Source of the DNA: Naegleria gruberi
Taxonomy: Eukaryota
Direction: 5' to 3' (one strand)
Length of the DNA stretch: 64,000 nucleotides
NCBI GenBank assembly: GCA_000004985.1
Contig: GG738887.1
Each line of letters starts with the position of its first letter. Positions within the stretch are counted from its first letter, which is position 1. Below the pieces are notes generated by a model. It worked only from the letters and a program-made list of their open reading frames with translations. It made no database searches and was not told the origin of the DNA. A program made the translations under genes and the position numbers. Shown piece after piece: positions 54,370 through 64,000 of this stretch.

Positions 54370-55197
54370 ATGAATAATAATAATGCTACAAATAATAACC
54401 ATGTTCATCCGTACATGATGGCACAACAACAACAACAACAATTTACAAAATCACCTGATGCTCCTCCAATTCAATATCATTCCGGTCTTGCTCAACAACA
54501 ACAACAACCAGTTTTTACCACCTCAAGTCCATATCCAACCTCTACCACCACCACTACCTATACAACTACTATTGAATCAGTGCCACAACAATATCCTACA
54601 AACATGGATAATGTTGCTCAAGCATCTATGGAAGATTCTTCTTTAAAGCTTGTTGGAACTTCTATTGCAAAGCAAATGTGGACTAAATTGAAGAGTAGAG
54701 TACGTTCTCCATACACTCTTGTCTCTTCATTGTGTAACATGTTGTCATTGGCCATGCTTTTTGAATTTATCTTTATCATTGTTGCTTCCTGTCAATATTA
54801 TAACGCCACACCAGCTCATATGCACATTGTCTTTTGGATTTTGTTCGTGGTTCAACCAATTTTCATGATTTTGAAATCACCTTTATTGATGGTTGTTTCC
54901 TTGTTTATGAATTTGGCCATGTTTGTTATGAGTTGTGTTCAAACTGCTGCCTATGGCAAGAATACTGGTATTTCATATGGTGTTTTGGTTGTCATGTTCT
55001 TGTACTCGTGTTTCTTTTCAGTTATTTTGGCTATCAGTTATCTCAAGAAGGTCAACAAGTCAACAGAACAACAAGCAACTCAATCACCAAAAGCTGCTAT
55101 CATGGCTGACATTGTTACCATTACTCAAAATATTAAGCGTTATAGAGAAATGATCAAGGCTTGTAAAATTTCTGATCTCTTAATTGGTGCTGAATAA
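54370..55197 (+). CDS. Paralog B of the 4-TM protein pair (275 aa), divergently transcribed from paralog A
   Basis: See paralog A. It has a poly-N/Q N-terminus and a T-rich tract (TSTTTTTYTTTIES). A shared intergenic region of about 515 bp (53854..54369) lies between the two start codons. Confidence 0.6.
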   Translation: MNNNNATNNNHVHPYMMAQQQQQQFTKSPDAPPIQYHSGLAQQQQQPVFTTSSPYPTSTTTTTYTTTIESVPQQYPTNMDNVAQASMEDSSLKLVGTSIAKQMWTKLKSRVRSPYTLVSSLCNMLSLAMLFEFIFIIVASCQYYNATPAHMHIVFWILFVVQPIFMILKSPLLMVVSLFMNLAMFVMSCVQTAAYGKNTGISYGVLVVMFLYSCFFSVILAISYLKKVNKSTEQQATQSPKAAIMADIVTITQNIKRYREMIKACKISDLLIGAE

Positions 55198-55433
55198 ATA
55201 ATCACTGTAAATATTAATTGTAAATAACTATAAAACTCAATCTTCAACAATATTAGTTTTAAATGAGCGCATGTTTAAGAATGAACACCAGATGTAGTTG
55301 AAGAATTTCAAAAAGACAGGGAAATAGCTGCTTTAAATAAGAATGCATAGAAACATGCATCGAGATGGTAACAAGAAATAATTACAGGTATTTTTCTAAT
55401 TTACAATAGTTTAATCTCAATATTCTCAAATAT

Positions 55434-56235
55434 TTAACAAGCTGTGCAATTCTTTCCTAATTGCTTTGCTGACAAGCTCAATAATAATGGTCTCACATAC
55501 ACGACGGAATTGGCAATAGCTGTTGGAATATATCCATTAGGAGCTGCTTGAGCTATGAAAGTAGCTCTCAAATCTCCATTGTTTAATTCGGTAAATTTCA
55601 GATAGGTGAAAATGTTGGTTCCTCTGACGTGGCCCTTTGCTGGCTTAATGTCGAGAGCTTCATCGATGGAAGTTGTCAATAGGATGGTTGTCTTTTTGGC
55701 ATCAGAAACTTCTGGTTTAACATCGAAATATCTTTCAACATAGAGAAAATCTCTTTCCGAAACCATCATGCCTTTTTTCCAATAAAATTTCCAATATTTT
55801 CCACACATGAATTATCAATAATTTTGATAAGAAATGAAATATTCCAATACAACCAATCGTTAGCAAACCATGCACAAACAATCAAAACCTACTTGGTGAA
55901 GTTACAACATAATGTCTGACACTCCAATTTCCCTCCTCAGTGCTAAACTTTCCTACTTCAGTAATTGATTTGGTATTCTCATCAAAAATTTGTCTAGTTT
56001 TCGTATCTGCAGTAGTCAACAATGGAACAATCTCATCAACAGTACATTGTGAAATAAGTGTCTCTCCACGAATGACACTTCCTTCATTGGCAGATGCTAC
56101 AGAAATTGTCACCTGATCGACGACCTTGTATGGTTTGAATAGATCAGTGCTCTTTTCATAATGTTGGGCAACTGAGAGAGCTTTGGAGTAGAGAGTGGAG
56201 GAAATGACCTTGTTGATGGATTCGATGGAGAACAT
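55434..56235 (-). CDS. START (StAR-related lipid-transfer / Bet v1-fold) domain protein, about 226 aa, 2 exons; complement(join(55434..55771,55893..56235))
   Basis: ATG at 56235 in an aaaaaaATG context (the track start at 56367 is further upstream in a GC-richer leader). A GTAGGT donor (+ strand acctac 55887-55892) and acceptor aaaaaag give a 121-nt phase-1 intron. The spliced protein reads ...EEGNWSVRHYVVTSPSMMVSERDFLYVERYFDVKPE...GTNIFTYLKFTELNNGDLRATFIAQAAPNGYIPTAIANSVVYVRP, which is START-like. Confidence 0.6.
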
Positions 56236-56652
56236 TTTTTTTAAAGTTTTGAATAGTTGATTTGGAGAATTTAATAGGGAAATTGAGAGAGGAGTCGGAT
56301 AGTCGGCCGGTGCAGTTTGCTCAGTCCTATCCGATCTCAAATTATTGATTAGGGATTCTCTTTGCATTTAAGTGTGCTGATTACAGCAACTGTTATTGTA
56401 AACTTGACTAAGTTAGTGATGAGAAAGTTGAAAACTGTAGATGCCTATCCATGATACTCCATCCTTTTCCTTATGAAAAAACCGTTCAATTGGACTATTA
56501 ATGATTAAATATATTTAATAATTTATATTCCAAATTCTTTCGTGAAGAAATTTCTTTTGAAAATACTGTAAAACTACCAAATTTATTTATTGGCGCCACT
56601 TTTTCCCGCCTCTCACTTACTATTATTTTAATATAAATAATAAAAAAAACGA

Positions 56653-59508
56653 ATGAACAGCAAATTCTCGACTCGGCCAATTTCATCGAGAAAATCTTCG
56701 GCACTGTCGAATAGTCGCTCGGCCAGTGCTGCTGATGAGGATGATGACGATGAAGAACATCAACGTTTATTTAAGAATTTTTCAAGAGGAGACGATAGTG
56801 ATGAGGATTTTTCTGCTACTAGTGGAGGAGGAATGGATTACATTAGGAATAGAATTTATTTTGAAACACCAACGCCAAAAGGCTCTGGACGATCATCGAC
56901 AATTCCCTTACCTGTCGGTGATTCTAGTATTAATATCGAAGTATTTAATCATGAAAATGATGAATATGATGACGATGATGATGAGCCTCTGATATTTGGA
57001 ATTGAAAAGAAGGATGATACAAAGATTGCTATTAGTATTGTACCAGGGACTCGTGATAAGGAAAAGTTTTTAAACACTAAGGAAAATAATAATTTTGATA
57101 GGAGCTTGCCAAGTGCAATTAAGAGAGAGGGTTCTTCGGCATCGTCTTATGGAAGATTTGAGACTCCGAGTCCATTTCAAACTGAGGAAGGAAATTTTGA
57201 AGAGGATTTTGGAAGTGAAAGTGGAAGAATTACAACATTTACTAATAGATCTGAGGATGCACCTTCAGTTTCAACAACAACAGGGGCTGTATTACAAAAA
57301 CCATCATTGAAAAAGTTTGAGAGCATTCCGCTTGGGCTTTCCTCTCCCTTCACTAAGAAGAATAGTGCTGGAGGTTTATTGAAAAAAAGTACTGGTTCCT
57401 CAAACGTCTCAATACAGGGAGATTTTGATGAGGAAGATACAAGTCATCTCAAAGATGATCCTCTTGCAGTGAATTTAAAACCATCTAGAACCTCCTATGT
57501 TGCAGGTTCAACAAAGAAGGGCATTAATAGTGATGCTGCCTCCACAGTAACATCTCTTGCCCCTAATTCTCTATTCTCTAGGGACCAAGCTGTCTTCAAT
57601 GATCCTAATTTTCACGACCTAACAGAGGACGAATTGATTAACAAGCAGAAAAAACTTGGTCAAAAAAAGGTAAACACTTCCAATGCAAAGATTAACCTCA
57701 ATTTATCACAAGCTCAAACGGCTGCTCTAGGAACAGAGGCTCTTTCTGAATTGAAACGAAAAATGGAAACCAAAGAGGAAGATATGGAAATAATGAATGG
57801 AATTATTGATTTTGCAAAGAAGGAAGAATCTAAACTATTGCTCAAAACTGGGAATTTCAGCACTGTTGCCAAGTATGAAAGAGAATCGAAACGACAAGAC
57901 GAAAAAAGGAATATCTCACAATTATTGACCACTGTTAAAAAGAGGCAACACAATGAGAAGCAAGTCACCAAGAAGAATGAAATCACCATCCCAATGTCTA
58001 GCAAGAAAATCAAGTGGGTAGAAGACGCTAAAAAGAAGGGAAGAGAAAATTTGAAAGAACACTTGTTTGCTGAAAAGATGGAAGATTTTGCAATTCAGGC
58101 CAGAATCAATCACGAAAAGACTGTCGAAAATTACAAGATTCATTACGACAATTTATTTGCTGAACACCAACAAGCTCTGCAACAAATCAAAATTGAAAAG
58201 GAAAATGTAACCAAACATCAGGAAGAGAACAAATCTCTCAAATATACTATCGAAATGTTGAGACAAAAATTGGGAAAGCAATCGGTGAGAGAAATTGAAA
58301 AGGAACAAAAACTGAGACTCTTCTCAAATTATGAACCTCTTTTTGAAACATTGCAGAAGAATTTCAACTTTGATTCACCGTATGATGTTATTAGGAGAAT
58401 TGAAATGTTGGAGAAGGCTCAATCTGATTCTTTCACACAACTTTTGGAAGCACAAGAACAAAAGAATGCTTTGGAACGACAATTTGAAAAGTACAAGACT
58501 GAAATAGAGAACAAACACAGAAAGGCCATTGGGGAATTGGAAAAGCAAATCGAACGTGATCAAAATCAAATCAAGGAAGATAATATGAACATGAAAAAGT
58601 TTCAACAAACTCTGGATTCCAGTGAAAATTACAGACAAAAGTTTTTAGTATTAAGTGATTCTGTGATAGATTTGTGGCACACCTGGGTGAAAGATGTGGA
58701 AAAATTGGGCTATAGAGATACAACTGTTTTTTACAAGAATGGGGAACATTCATTGACTGGTGGAGCAGCCACTTTGTTAATGCACTCTGATCCAGATTTT
58801 AGTGATTCCAATCAAGTCATGTCTGCCGTTAAGAATTTATTGATTGCCTTCACTCCCAACAAGGCAGGTCACTCTTACTCGGAGCTTGCAAAAATGGCAA
58901 ATGGATATTGGCTTAAATATTTCAAGACTGATTTTGATATCAAGAGTAAACCAAAGCAAATATTTGAAAAGATGGCTCAATCCATTGATGTAAGAAATAC
59001 TCGAATCAAGGAATTGGAAAGGAAGGTCAAGGAAATTGAAATTCTCGTAAAGCAATTGGAAGATGACAAGAATAAGGCCACCAGAGAAAAGAGGGCTCTC
59101 GAAGTTCAAGTCAACGTAGGCCAACAATTCCAAAGGCCACAATCAGCCGGGGCTCGTCTCAAAAATGTCAAATCTCCCACACTACACTACATTTACGGTG
59201 CAGAAAACAACAAGGAAAAGAAGTCCAATTCAAGACCTCAGAGTGCTCGAGTTTGGCCTAGACCTCAGAGTGGAGCAAGTAGCCCATCAAATAATACCAA
59301 TAGATTTAGACCTTCCACTGCAAAAAGTGATCATCCAACGACAACATCTGACAATTCTAGACCCTCCTCTTCATCCTCATTGAGAGCATTTGTTAAAAGA
59401 CCAATGAGTGCACCTTCTAATAAGAGACCACAATCCTCCTCAGCAAAGAGTACAACTACTCATGATGATCTTGGCTCCTTCTTTATTACACAAGTTGGTA
59501 TCACTTAA
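56653..59508 (+). CDS. Large coiled-coil protein (951 aa) with acidic N-terminal and S/P-rich C-terminal regions
   Basis: Single ORF; the start is acgaATG. A long heptad-rich central region spans roughly residues 330-830. Low-complexity DDDDEE and S/P/R tails flank it. No specific family recognised. Confidence 0.55.
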   Translation: MNSKFSTRPISSRKSSALSNSRSASAADEDDDDEEHQRLFKNFSRGDDSDEDFSATSGGGMDYIRNRIYFETPTPKGSGRSSTIPLPVGDSSINIEVFNHENDEYDDDDDEPLIFGIEKKDDTKIAISIVPGTRDKEKFLNTKENNNFDRSLPSAIKREGSSASSYGRFETPSPFQTEEGNFEEDFGSESGRITTFTNRSEDAPSVSTTTGAVLQKPSLKKFESIPLGLSSPFTKKNSAGGLLKKSTGSSNVSIQGDFDEEDTSHLKDDPLAVNLKPSRTSYVAGSTKKGINSDAASTVTSLAPNSLFSRDQAVFNDPNFHDLTEDELINKQKKLGQKKVNTSNAKINLNLSQAQTAALGTEALSELKRKMETKEEDMEIMNGIIDFAKKEESKLLLKTGNFSTVAKYERESKRQDEKRNISQLLTTVKKRQHNEKQVTKKNEITIPMSSKKIKWVEDAKKKGRENLKEHLFAEKMEDFAIQARINHEKTVENYKIHYDNLFAEHQQALQQIKIEKENVTKHQEENKSLKYTIEMLRQKLGKQSVREIEKEQKLRLFSNYEPLFETLQKNFNFDSPYDVIRRIEMLEKAQSDSFTQLLEAQEQKNALERQFEKYKTEIENKHRKAIGELEKQIERDQNQIKEDNMNMKKFQQTLDSSENYRQKFLVLSDSVIDLWHTWVKDVEKLGYRDTTVFYKNGEHSLTGGAATLLMHSDPDFSDSNQVMSAVKNLLIAFTPNKAGHSYSELAKMANGYWLKYFKTDFDIKSKPKQIFEKMAQSIDVRNTRIKELERKVKEIEILVKQLEDDKNKATREKRALEVQVNVGQQFQRPQSAGARLKNVKSPTLHYIYGAENNKEKKSNSRPQSARVWPRPQSGASSPSNNTNRFRPSTAKSDHPTTTSDNSRPSSSSSLRAFVKRPMSAPSNKRPQSSSAKSTTTHDDLGSFFITQVGIT

Positions 59509-59791
59509 ATATTGATCTCCTCTTGGATATTACTATCAAAACTAGTGTGTACTTGCTAATTTATTTAGCTAGAGATTTCTCACCTCAGAATCATTGATTG
59601 GCTGTTGGATTCTTATCTTGTAAAGATGAGCAAAAAAGGGACCCTTAATTGGTTGTTTAAAATACCACAAAAAAATTGTCCAAATCCACCACAGTATAGA
59701 TCCTCATCACCAGTAACTCGATCCAGAACAAGCCAAAACATTGAAAAAGTTCTTGGTCTTCTTGTTTATCAAAAAGCAAAGCTAAGAAAAA

Positions 59792-60250
59792 ATGTCTCCA
59801 CATCCAAAATGTCCATGCAAAGGTAGTTGTGTGAATTGTATGAAAAAGTTTAGTGGTATTGTGAAGAATAAAATTGGAGTGAGTAAGGTGCTTAATAGCT
59901 TGAAAAAGATTGGTTGGGGAGGTGAATTCTTCTCCCGTGAACAACCATCTCCATCAATGAACTCTTCGAATTGCTCATCATCTGGAGTGGTATCACCATT
60001 GCTTAATAGAAGATCATCAGTAGCAAATCTGGCCACATGTTCGACAGGTGCTGTTGGAGAATCCTCAACAAACTCCTCTGTCACTTCCCTTATTTCATCA
60101 ACTTCATCGGATAACTTGATGGTTGTTGGTTCTTCATCTTCATCATCAACGAATTGTTCCACCTTCTCGCCTACTTGTCGTTCTGTTGCTCATCATCACC
60201 ACGAACAGAAAGCAACATCATGTACAGTTCAAGAATCATCCTCCATGTAA
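59792..60250 (+). CDS. Small Cys-then-Ser-rich hypothetical protein (152 aa)
   Basis: The start is aaaaaATGTCTCC. The N-terminus has C-x-C-x3-C-x2-C (PKCPCKGSCVNCMKKF), followed by Ser-rich low complexity. The overlapping minus-strand ORF has no ATG. Confidence 0.4.
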   Translation: MSPHPKCPCKGSCVNCMKKFSGIVKNKIGVSKVLNSLKKIGWGGEFFSREQPSPSMNSSNCSSSGVVSPLLNRRSSVANLATCSTGAVGESSTNSSVTSLISSTSSDNLMVVGSSSSSSTNCSTFSPTCRSVAHHHHEQKATSCTVQESSSM

Positions 60251-60607
60251 ATAGATAAGGTTGTGTAGAACTCTGAAGAATTTTGCTTAATCTTTCACAT
60301 AGTTAAAATCGAGTCGTTACAAATTAGTGTAAATAAATATAACACAAGTTGTTTTAATAGTAACGAATTATTGATTATTTGTGTAAAGTGTAACTTGTTA
60401 ATAGTCAAAGGTCTCAAACTGGTATTATTATCAGGTGTAGAAGAATTAACATAGTTTGGCAACAAGTACTGTTTATTCCTTGTTAGGATGCAGTTTCTTC
60501 AGATATTTATTTCTAATGGTTTGAAAGATGTGATATCGTGATATTTTCTAAGAGGAACAGAGGGCCTGTTAGAAACTCATCTTAATATTGTTTATTTAAA
60601 AAAAAAT

Positions 60608-60883
60608 TTATATTAAAGTCTCCCTGTTTTTGCTTGTGTACACAATCAGAACAACCAGAGCAAGAACAGCGCCATGAATTATTTGAGTGGCTGGTAGTAA
60701 TTCCAGTTGTTTCTTCATTTCTTGAACCTCAGCACTTAATTGGTTAATATAAGTATTTAACTGGTTAATATTAGTAGTTAACTGAATATTAATCATCTCT
60801 TGTCTAGCGAGAACATCTCGCAAGTGCATATAATTATACATAAAATCATCTTGGAGTTGGGAAAATTGAAGTATTGAATCCAT
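60608..60883 (-). CDS. Tail-anchored coiled-coil protein (91 aa), SNARE-like in shape
   Basis: The start is ggccATGG. A helical Q/N-rich segment (NIQLTTNINQLNTYINQLSAEVQEMKKQLELL) is followed by a C-terminal TM (IIHGAVLALVVLIVYT) and a short tail. Confidence 0.35.
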   Translation of the reverse strand: MDSILQFSQLQDDFMYNYMHLRDVLARQEMINIQLTTNINQLNTYINQLSAEVQEMKKQLELLPATQIIHGAVLALVVLIVYTSKNRETLI

Positions 60884-61185
60884 GGCCGGGTAGAACTTGC
60901 TTAATTCAATACAAATTCCAACTGTAGAGTCATTTTGTAATTTTAATTCATGAGAAAATGTAGAAAGACCAATATCTACTAGTAGTTAATTTTCTTGTTC
61001 AATTTCGAGTTCTTGCTCACAGCCTAATAATCGTTGTCTCCTCCTTAATAATTTCTTCAATCAATCTAGTAGATTCATATAACACTGCATTAACTGGAAA
61101 ACTTAGTTCAATTTCAAGCTCACGTAGTGATGGATGTTTTTCAATTATAATTATCTCCTCATTATTGAATGTGATATTTGTTTTG

Positions 61186-61235
61186 NNNNNNNNNNNNNNN
61201 NNNNNNNNNNNNNNNNNNNNNNNNNNNNNNNNNNN
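61186..61235. other. Assembly gap (50 N)
   Basis: Run of n characters. Confidence 1.
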
Positions 61236-61602
61236 ACCCATAACCGAATTTGAGGCATGTAGTGTAATTCTAACATCACGATCAGCTCATTACTCTATGA
61301 AGTTTAATCTTTGCATCAAATCTGCTAAATTAACTTTTCAAATTTTAATGAAGAGGTCAGCAAATGTTTTTAAAGTTCCCAAAATGTTTTCAATGTTCAT
61401 TTTCAAAATTTCTTATCTATTTTTAAATATAATGACGAAATTTTCATCATCATTACAAAAAGTATGATGTCAACAACTCCGAAATTCAATGATGAAGACA
61501 CACGGTTTTCATTCATATAAAACCCATTGAACGATATTCTTGAAAAAAACAAGAATTTGCAAACAAGCAATTCAACTAACAATTCTAATAACTCAAACAA
61601 AA

Positions 61603-62150
61603 TGGACTTTTTCAAAAAGATTGGTCAATTCTTCTCTGGATGGCTCAGAGGTTTATTCGAAAATAAGGAAGCCAAGATTCTATTCCTTGGTTTGGATGCA
61701 GCTGGTAAAACTTCAGCTCTATATAAGATTCAATTAGATGAAAATGTTAGCACTATTCCCACCATTGGTTTCAATGCTGAAGTGTTACAATATAAGAAGG
61801 TAACTTTCAGAGTGTTTGATATTGGTGGCCAGGATAAGATTAGAAAGTTATGGAGACACTATTATCAATCGACAAATGCTATCATTTTCATTGTCGATTC
61901 TAATGATACTGAGAGATTTAAAGAAGCTGCCGAAACCTTACGGGAAGTTATGCAGGATGATTTATTGAAAGATGCCAAGTTATTGGTGTGGGCTAATAAG
62001 CAAGATTTGCCAAGAGCTGCCAATGTTAAAGATATGGTCAATACTTTGAAATTACACGAGATTAAGCAAGAATGGTACATCCAACCATGTAGTGCCCTGT
62101 CTGGCAATGGATTATTCGAAGGTTTGGATTGGTTATCCAGTAAATTGTAA
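61603..62150 (+). CDS. Arf-family small GTPase (Arf-like/ARL), 182 aa
   Basis: [14 protein letters not shown] is an amphipathic N-helix. Motifs [32 protein letters not shown] and NKQDL are present. It is close to my recall of Arf1 ([16 protein letters not shown]...WDVGGQDKIRPLWRHYF). ATG at 61603 (caaaATGG); the track start at 61527 is upstream of the conserved N-terminus. Confidence 0.85.
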
Positions 62151-62364
62151 ATAAACACTTTGATATCTCATATTTCAAACTTGTCAAATAGGATTTCATC
62201 ATATTAGCCTCCAACCAATCTAAACACCATGACTAATTTAGAATTACTGTTAATTTCTAATTCTTGCAAAGTTTTTTCATCATCTTCCATTGACATCACT
62301 TTCGAATTGTGAATTATTCTAAATTCATTTCCAATGTTCCACTCCTCAGCCACCCTCCAACGTA

Positions 62365-64000
62365 NNNNNNNNNNNNNNNNNNNNNNNNNNNNNNNNNNNN
62401 NNNNNNNNNNNNNNNNNNNNNNNNNNNNNNNNNNNNNNNNNNNNNNNNNNNNNNNNNNNNNNNNNNNNNNNNNNNNNNNNNNNNNNNNNNNNNNNNNNNN
62501 NNNNNNNNNNNNNNNNNNNNNNNNNNNNNNNNNNNNNNNNNNNNNNNNNNNNNNNNNNNNNNNNNNNNNNNNNNNNNNNNNNNNNNNNNNNNNNNNNNNN
62601 NNNNNNNNNNNNNNNNNNNNNNNNNNNNNNNNNNNNNNNNNNNNNNNNNNNNNNNNNNNNNNNNNNNNNNNNNNNNNNNNNNNNNNNNNNNNNNNNNNNN
62701 NNNNNNNNNNNNNNNNNNNNNNNNNNNNNNNNNNNNNNNNNNNNNNNNNNNNNNNNNNNNNNNNNNNNNNNNNNNNNNNNNNNNNNNNNNNNNNNNNNNN
62801 NNNNNNNNNNNNNNNNNNNNNNNNNNNNNNNNNNNNNNNNNNNNNNNNNNNNNNNNNNNNNNNNNNNNNNNNNNNNNNNNNNNNNNNNNNNNNNNNNNNN
62901 NNNNNNNNNNNNNNNNNNNNNNNNNNNNNNNNNNNNNNNNNNNNNNNNNNNNNNNNNNNNNNNNNNNNNNNNNNNNNNNNNNNNNNNNNNNNNNNNNNNN
63001 NNNNNNNNNNNNNNNNNNNNNNNNNNNNNNNNNNNNNNNNNNNNNNNNNNNNNNNNNNNNNNNNNNNNNNNNNNNNNNNNNNNNNNNNNNNNNNNNNNNN
63101 NNNNNNNNNNNNNNNNNNNNNNNNNNNNNNNNNNNNNNNNNNNNNNNNNNNNNNNNNNNNNNNNNNNNNNNNNNNNNNNNNNNNNNNNNNNNNNNNNNNN
63201 NNNNNNNNNNNNNNNNNNNNNNNNNNNNNNNNNNNNNNNNNNNNNNNNNNNNNNNNNNNNNNNNNNNNNNNNNNNNNNNNNNNNNNNNNNNNNNNNNNNN
63301 NNNNNNNNNNNNNNNNNNNNNNNNNNNNNNNNNNNNNNNNNNNNNNNNNNNNNNNNNNNNNNNNNNNNNNNNNNNNNNNNNNNNNNNNNNNNNNNNNNNN
63401 NNNNNNNNNNNNNNNNNNNNNNNNNNNNNNNNNNNNNNNNNNNNNNNNNNNNNNNNNNNNNNNNNNNNNNNNNNNNNNNNNNNNNNNNNNNNNNNNNNNN
63501 NNNNNNNNNNNNNNNNNNNNNNNNNNNNNNNNNNNNNNNNNNNNNNNNNNNNNNNNNNNNNNNNNNNNNNNNNNNNNNNNNNNNNNNNNNNNNNNNNNNN
63601 NNNNNNNNNNNNNNNNNNNNNNNNNNNNNNNNNNNNNNNNNNNNNNNNNNNNNNNNNNNNNNNNNNNNNNNNNNNNNNNNNNNNNNNNNNNNNNNNNNNN
63701 NNNNNNNNNNNNNNNNNNNNNNNNNNNNNNNNNNNNNNNNNNNNNNNNNNNNNNNNNNNNNNNNNNNNNNNNNNNNNNNNNNNNNNNNNNNNNNNNNNNN
63801 NNNNNNNNNNNNNNNNNNNNNNNNNNNNNNNNNNNNNNNNNNNNNNNNNNNNNNNNNNNNNNNNNNNNNNNNNNNNNNNNNNNNNNNNNNNNNNNNNNNN
63901 NNNNNNNNNNNNNNNNNNNNNNNNNNNNNNNNNNNNNNNNNNNNNNNNNNNNNNNNNNNNNNNNNNNNNNNNNNNNNNNNNNNNNNNNNNNNNNNNNNNN
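62365..64000. other. Assembly gap / unsequenced to the end of the window (1636 N)
   Basis: Run of n characters from 62365 to the window end. Confidence 1.

Noticed and set aside
59782-60162. 126-aa acidic ORF on the minus strand
   Set aside because: It has no ATG anywhere in the open frame (the track 'start' is a GTG). It is the antisense of the Ser-rich + ORF, which has a proper A-rich ATG context.
61017-61467. ORFs 61017..61241 (-) and 61165..61467 (+) spanning the 50-N gap
   Set aside because: Their translations contain runs of X from the gap, so they are assembly artifacts.
1-64000. Prokaryotic features such as operons, Shine-Dalgarno sites and rho-independent terminators
   Set aside because: Gene structure is clearly eukaryotic (spliceosomal introns with GTAAGT/AG sites, TATA boxes, A-rich contexts before ATG); such calls would be meaningless here.

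Overview
This 64 kb window looks like gene-dense, AT-rich nuclear DNA from a dictyostelid-like amoebozoan, so I read it as eukaryotic. The signs are short AT-rich introns with GTAAGT-type donors, a four-base first exon (ATG plus one base), A-rich contexts before ATG, poly-N/Q/S/T tracts, and N-run assembly gaps (a 50-N gap at 61186..61235 and an N-run from 62365 to the window end). I could support about 35 protein-coding genes on both strands, with 100-500 bp intergenic spacers, and found no rRNA, tRNA or CRISPR. The six-frame track splits several spliced genes into separate ORFs, and I rejoined them from donor and acceptor sequences. These are the armadillo / Hsp70-lid-like / villin-headpiece giant gene (4 exons), VPS54 (2 exons), an amidase (2), a WD40 gene (3), an ABCG transporter (2), a sedolisin (4), a START-domain gene (2), and a small two-exon membrane-protein gene the track missed. 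Other recognisable genes are TRAP1 (mitochondrial Hsp90), TRAP-beta, two NHL-repeat paralogs, an F-box protein, a two-dsRBD protein, an NmrA-like reductase, a Kelch-propeller protein, an LRR plus dual-specificity phosphatase, a DUF4116-like repeat protein and an Arf-family GTPase. The main things worth a second look are:
- a giant predicted F-actin-binding protein, about 2620 aa, made of armadillo repeats, a charged E/R/K helix, about 22 tandem 66-aa modules resembling the Hsp70 C-terminal lid, and a C-terminal villin headpiece;
- a secreted protein built almost entirely of YGYSYPS-type repeats;
- an ABCG half-transporter fused to a roughly 930-aa cysteine-rich ectodomain;
- a head-to-head pair of paralogous 4-TM proteins sharing a C-terminal SDLLIGAE motif;
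- a bacterial-type SH3 domain ORF in a locally GC-richer patch;
- a likely decayed DNA-transposon remnant with a frameshifted Tnp2-like ORF, flanked by clusters of TTGACG(TCA) motifs including a 44-nt perfect palindrome.
All calls rest on reading the sequence and recalling protein families; I ran no searches.
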